Shown here: positions 60,330 to 64,000 of the stretch, piece by piece | Layout of the letters: each line of letters opens with the position of its first letter | How positions within the stretch are numbered: position 1 is the stretch's first letter | Source of the DNA: Torpedo marmorata | Lineage: Eukaryota | DNA: 64,000 nt | Direction of reading: 5' to 3' | NCBI GenBank assembly: GCA_977017645.1 | Contig: OZ360225.1 | Location: forward strand, 138,260,001-138,324,000 | The notes under the pieces: generated by a model | What the model was told of the DNA's origin: nothing | The model's database searches: none | Seen by the model: only the letters and a program-made list of their open reading frames with translations | Made by a program: the position numbers and the translations under genes

Positions 60330-63300
60330 CCAAGTGAAGGATTTTCTGGAATGACTTCGAGATGGCTTTCTCGAGCAGCTTGTGGTTGAGCCCAGGAAAG
60401 GGAAAAGGCAGTTCTAGATTTGGAACTGGATTTGATTCGGGATCTTAACGTAAAAGAATCATTGGGTGGTAGTGATCACAATGTACAGTTTCAGGGGGAG
60501 CAGCTAAAACTGTCGGTATTACAGTTGAGTGATGGTACTACGGAGGTGTGAGGGAGGCGGTAATACAGTTGAGTGATGGTACTACGGAGGTATGAGGGAG
60601 GCGGTATTACAGTTGAGTGATGGTACTACGGATGTGTGAGGGAGGCGGTATTACAGTTGAGTGATGGTACTACGGAGGTATGAGGGAGGTGGTAATACAG
60701 TTGAGTGATGGTACTACGGAGGTATGAGGGAGGCGGTAATACAGTTGAGTGATGGTACTACGGAGGTGTGAGGGAGGAGGTATTACAGTTGAGTGATGGT
60801 ACTACGGAGGTATGAGGGAGGCGGTAATACAGTTGAGTGATGGTACTACGGAGGTATGAGGGAGGCGGTATTACAGTTGAGTGATGGTACTACGGAGGTG
60901 TGAGGGAGGCGGTATTACAGTTGAGTGATAGTACTACGGAGGTATGAGGGAGGCGGTAATACAGTTGAGTGATGGTACTACGGAGGTGTGAGGGAGGAGG
61001 TATTACAGTTGAGTGATGGTACTACGGAGGTATGAGGGAGGAGGTATTACAGTTGAGTGATGGTACTACGGAGGTGTGAGGGAGGCGGTATTACAGTTGA
61101 GTGATGGTACTACGGAGGTATGAGGGAGATGGTATTACAGTTGAGTGATGGTACTACGGAGGTATGAGGGAGGCGGTATTACAGTTGAGTGATGGTACTA
61201 CGGAGGTATGAGGGAGGAGGTATTACAGTTGAGTGATGGTACTACGGAGGTATGAGGGAGGAGGTATTACAGTTGAGTGATGGTACTACGGATGTGTGAG
61301 GGAGGCGGTAATACAGTTGAGTGATAGTACTACGGAGGTGTGAGGGAGGCGGTATTACAGTTGAGTGATGGTACTAAGGAGGTATGAGGGAGGCGGTATT
61401 ACAGTTGAGTGATGGTACTACGGAGGTATGAGGGAGGAGGTATTACAGTTGAGTGATGGTACTACGGAGGTGTGAGGGAGGCGGTAATACAGTTGAGTGA
61501 TAGTACTACGGAGGTGTGAGGGAGGCGGTATTACAGTTGAGTGATGGTACTACAGAGGTATGAGGGAGGCGGTATTACAGTTGAGTGATGGTACTACGGA
61601 GGTATGAGGGAGGAGGTATTACAGTTGAGTGATGGTACTACGGAGGTATGAGGGAGGAGGTATTACAGTTGAGTGATGGTACTACGGAGGTGTGAGGGAG
61701 GCGGTAATACAGTTGAGTGATGGTACTAAGGAGGTATGAGGGAGGCGGTATTACAGTTGAGTGATGGTACTACGGAGGTATGAGGGAGGCGGTAATACAG
61801 TTGAGTGATGGTACTACGGAGGTATGAGGGAGGCGGTAATACAGTTGAATGATGGTACTAAGGAGGTATGAGGGAGGCGGTAATACAGTTGAGTGATGGT
61901 ACTACGGAGGTATGAGGGAGGTGGTAATACAGTTGAGTGATGGTACTACGGAGGTATGAGGGAGGCGGTAATACAGTTGAGTGATGGTACTACGGAGGTA
62001 TGAGGGAGGCGGTAATACAGTTGAGTGATGGTACTACGGAGGTATGAGGGAGGCGGTAATACAGTTGAGTGATGGTACTACGGAGGTATGAGGGAGGCGG
62101 TAATACAGTTGAGTGATGGTACTACGGAGGTGTGAGGGAGGAACTGGCCAAAGTTGATTGGAAGGGGGCCCCAGCATGGAAGACGGAAGAGCAGCAAGGT
62201 CAGGAGTTTCTGGGAATAATTCAAACACGCAGGATTGTTTCATCCCGATGAAGAGACGCATTCCAAAGGGAGGGTGAGGCAACCCTCAGAGCATAAAAGC
62301 AAAAGACAGGGCACACATTTTTTCAAAAATTTGCGGGAAGCCAGCTTTTAAAATCCAACAGATGGTGCTTTGGAAAGTGAAGAGGCTGATGGTGGGTAAG
62401 TCATCTGGACCAGATGGACCACATCCAAGAGTTCAGAAAGAGGTAGCTGGAGAGTTTGCCATTGCATTAAGAGTGATCTTTCAGGGATCACTAGAGTCGG
62501 GAATGGTTCCAGAGGACTGGAAAGTTGCAATTTTCATAGCTGTTGTATTTTTCCTTTCAACCCCATTCTACTGCCTTCTTCCCATAATCTTCGACGCTCT
62601 TACTAATTAAAAAAAAATCAATCTCTAAATCTACCCATTGACCTGGCCTCCATGGCAACGAATGCCAGATTCTCCACCCTCTGGCTGAAGAAACGTCTCA
62701 TCTCTGTTCTAAAGGGACGCCCTTTTATTTTGAGGCTGCGCCCTCTGGTCCTACACTCGCCCCCTACTGAAAACATCTTCTCCATGTCCACTTTATCCAG
62801 CCTCTTCAATATTCGATAGGTTTCAATGAGACTCCCCCCACCCTTGCCCTTCATTTTCTTAAGCTCCAGCGAATATAGGCCCACAGCCATCAAACCCTCC
62901 TCATTTGTTCACCCTCTCATCCCTGGGATCATTCTCGTAAACATCTCTGAACTATCTAGAATGTCATCACATCCTTCCTTAGATATGAGGCCCAAAACTG
63001 CTTGTGTAATATTCCAAATGTGGTCTGACCAATGCGTTGTAATGCGTCAGCATTACATCCTTGCCTTTATATTCTAGTCCTCTCGAAGTGAATGCTAACA
63101 TTGCATTTGCTTTCCTTATTACGGACTCAACCTGCAAGATAACCTACACCAGGACTCCTAAGTCCCTTGGTATCTCTGCTTTCTGAATTCTTTCCCCATT
63201 TAGAAAATAGTCCACTTCTTTATTTCTTCTACGAAAGTGCATGGATATACACTTCTCCACCCTTCATTCCAGCCGCCACTTTTTTGCCCATTTTCTAAAC

Positions 63301-63918
63301 CTGCAGACTCCCTGCTTTCTCAACACTACCCGCCCTTTCATCTATCTTTGTAACATCCGCAATCTGGGCACAAAGCCATCAATTTCGTAATCTAAATCAT
63401 TTAAATGCAGCGTGAAAAGTAGCGGACCCAACACCGACCAACTATAGAATACCATTAGCCACCGGCAATCAACCAGAAAAGGCATCCTTTATTCCCAGTC
63501 TTTCCCTTCTGCCAGTCAGCCAATTTTCTATCCACGCAAGCACCTTTCCTGCAATACCATGGGCTCCTATTTTGTTTAGCAGCCTCATGTGCGGCACCTT
63601 GTCAAATGCCTTCTGAAACTCCAAGTAAACAACATCCATTGACTACTCGTTACCTCTTCAAGGAACTCCAACAGATTTGTCATGCAAGATCTCCCCGAGA
63701 TCATGCTGACCTCGGCCTATTTTACCTTGTGCTTTCAAGTTTCCCAAAACCTCATCTTTCATGATGGACTATAGAATCCTGCCAACCACTGAAATTAGGA
63801 TAACCGGCCTATAATTTCCTGTCTTTTACCTCTTTCCCTTCTTAAAGACATTTGAATGATGGAGCAGACTCGATGGGCTGAATGGCCTAGTTCTTCCCCT
63901 AAATTTTATGGTCGTATG
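60330..63918 (+). mobile_element. Degraded CR1 LINE hosting the 44-bp array and an internal inversion
   Basis: + strand DGFLEQLV..SDHN and KSSGPDGPHPRV..PEDWKVA; minus-strand RT-to-3' segment ~62531-63851; + strand tail 63851-63918. Confidence 0.8.
60515..62141. repeat. 44-bp minisatellite, 37 copies, in intron 6
   Basis: Unit ggta(t/a)tacagttgagtgatggtactacggaggt(a/g)tgagggagg(c/a); first and last unit starts are exactly 36x44 apart. Confidence 0.95.
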
Positions 63919-64000
63919 TACATGGCGATGTGTAAAAATTGCTTGTGATTTATTGAGCAGTACAGCAGACACAAGGGGCCGAATGGCCTAAACGTGCTTT

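Noticed and set aside
60515-62141. CRISPR-like regular array
   Set aside because: Units are contiguous with no unique spacers, there are no cas genes, the context is a vertebrate intron, and the unit looks LINE-derived.

Overview
Vertebrate genomic DNA; the repeat repertoire (CR1/HER1-like and Rex-Babar LINEs, V-SINEs, Penelope-like elements) suggests a shark or ray (inference). The only host gene I can support is TBX20 on the + strand. Coding exons 1-6 (48804-58265, all GT-AG, 866 nt, complete T-box) lie in the window and the C-terminal exons lie beyond it. The ~48 kb upstream is gene-free and combines nested retroelements with non-repetitive, motif-dense blocks that look like enhancers. Highlights: (i) Penelope-like repeats carrying minimal hammerhead-ribozyme motifs, one split through its catalytic core by a 2.4 kb LINE; (ii) a 5S-rRNA-headed SINE antisense in TBX20 intron 2 whose 3' module is shared with a differently headed non-autonomous element; (iii) a four-level nested insertion; (iv) a 37x44-bp minisatellite and a 1.3 kb inversion inside one CR1; (v) a perfect 27-bp-arm palindrome; (vi) inverted intronic repeats flanking exons 4-5. 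All alignments were done by eye, and TE boundaries are approximate unless a TSD is quoted.
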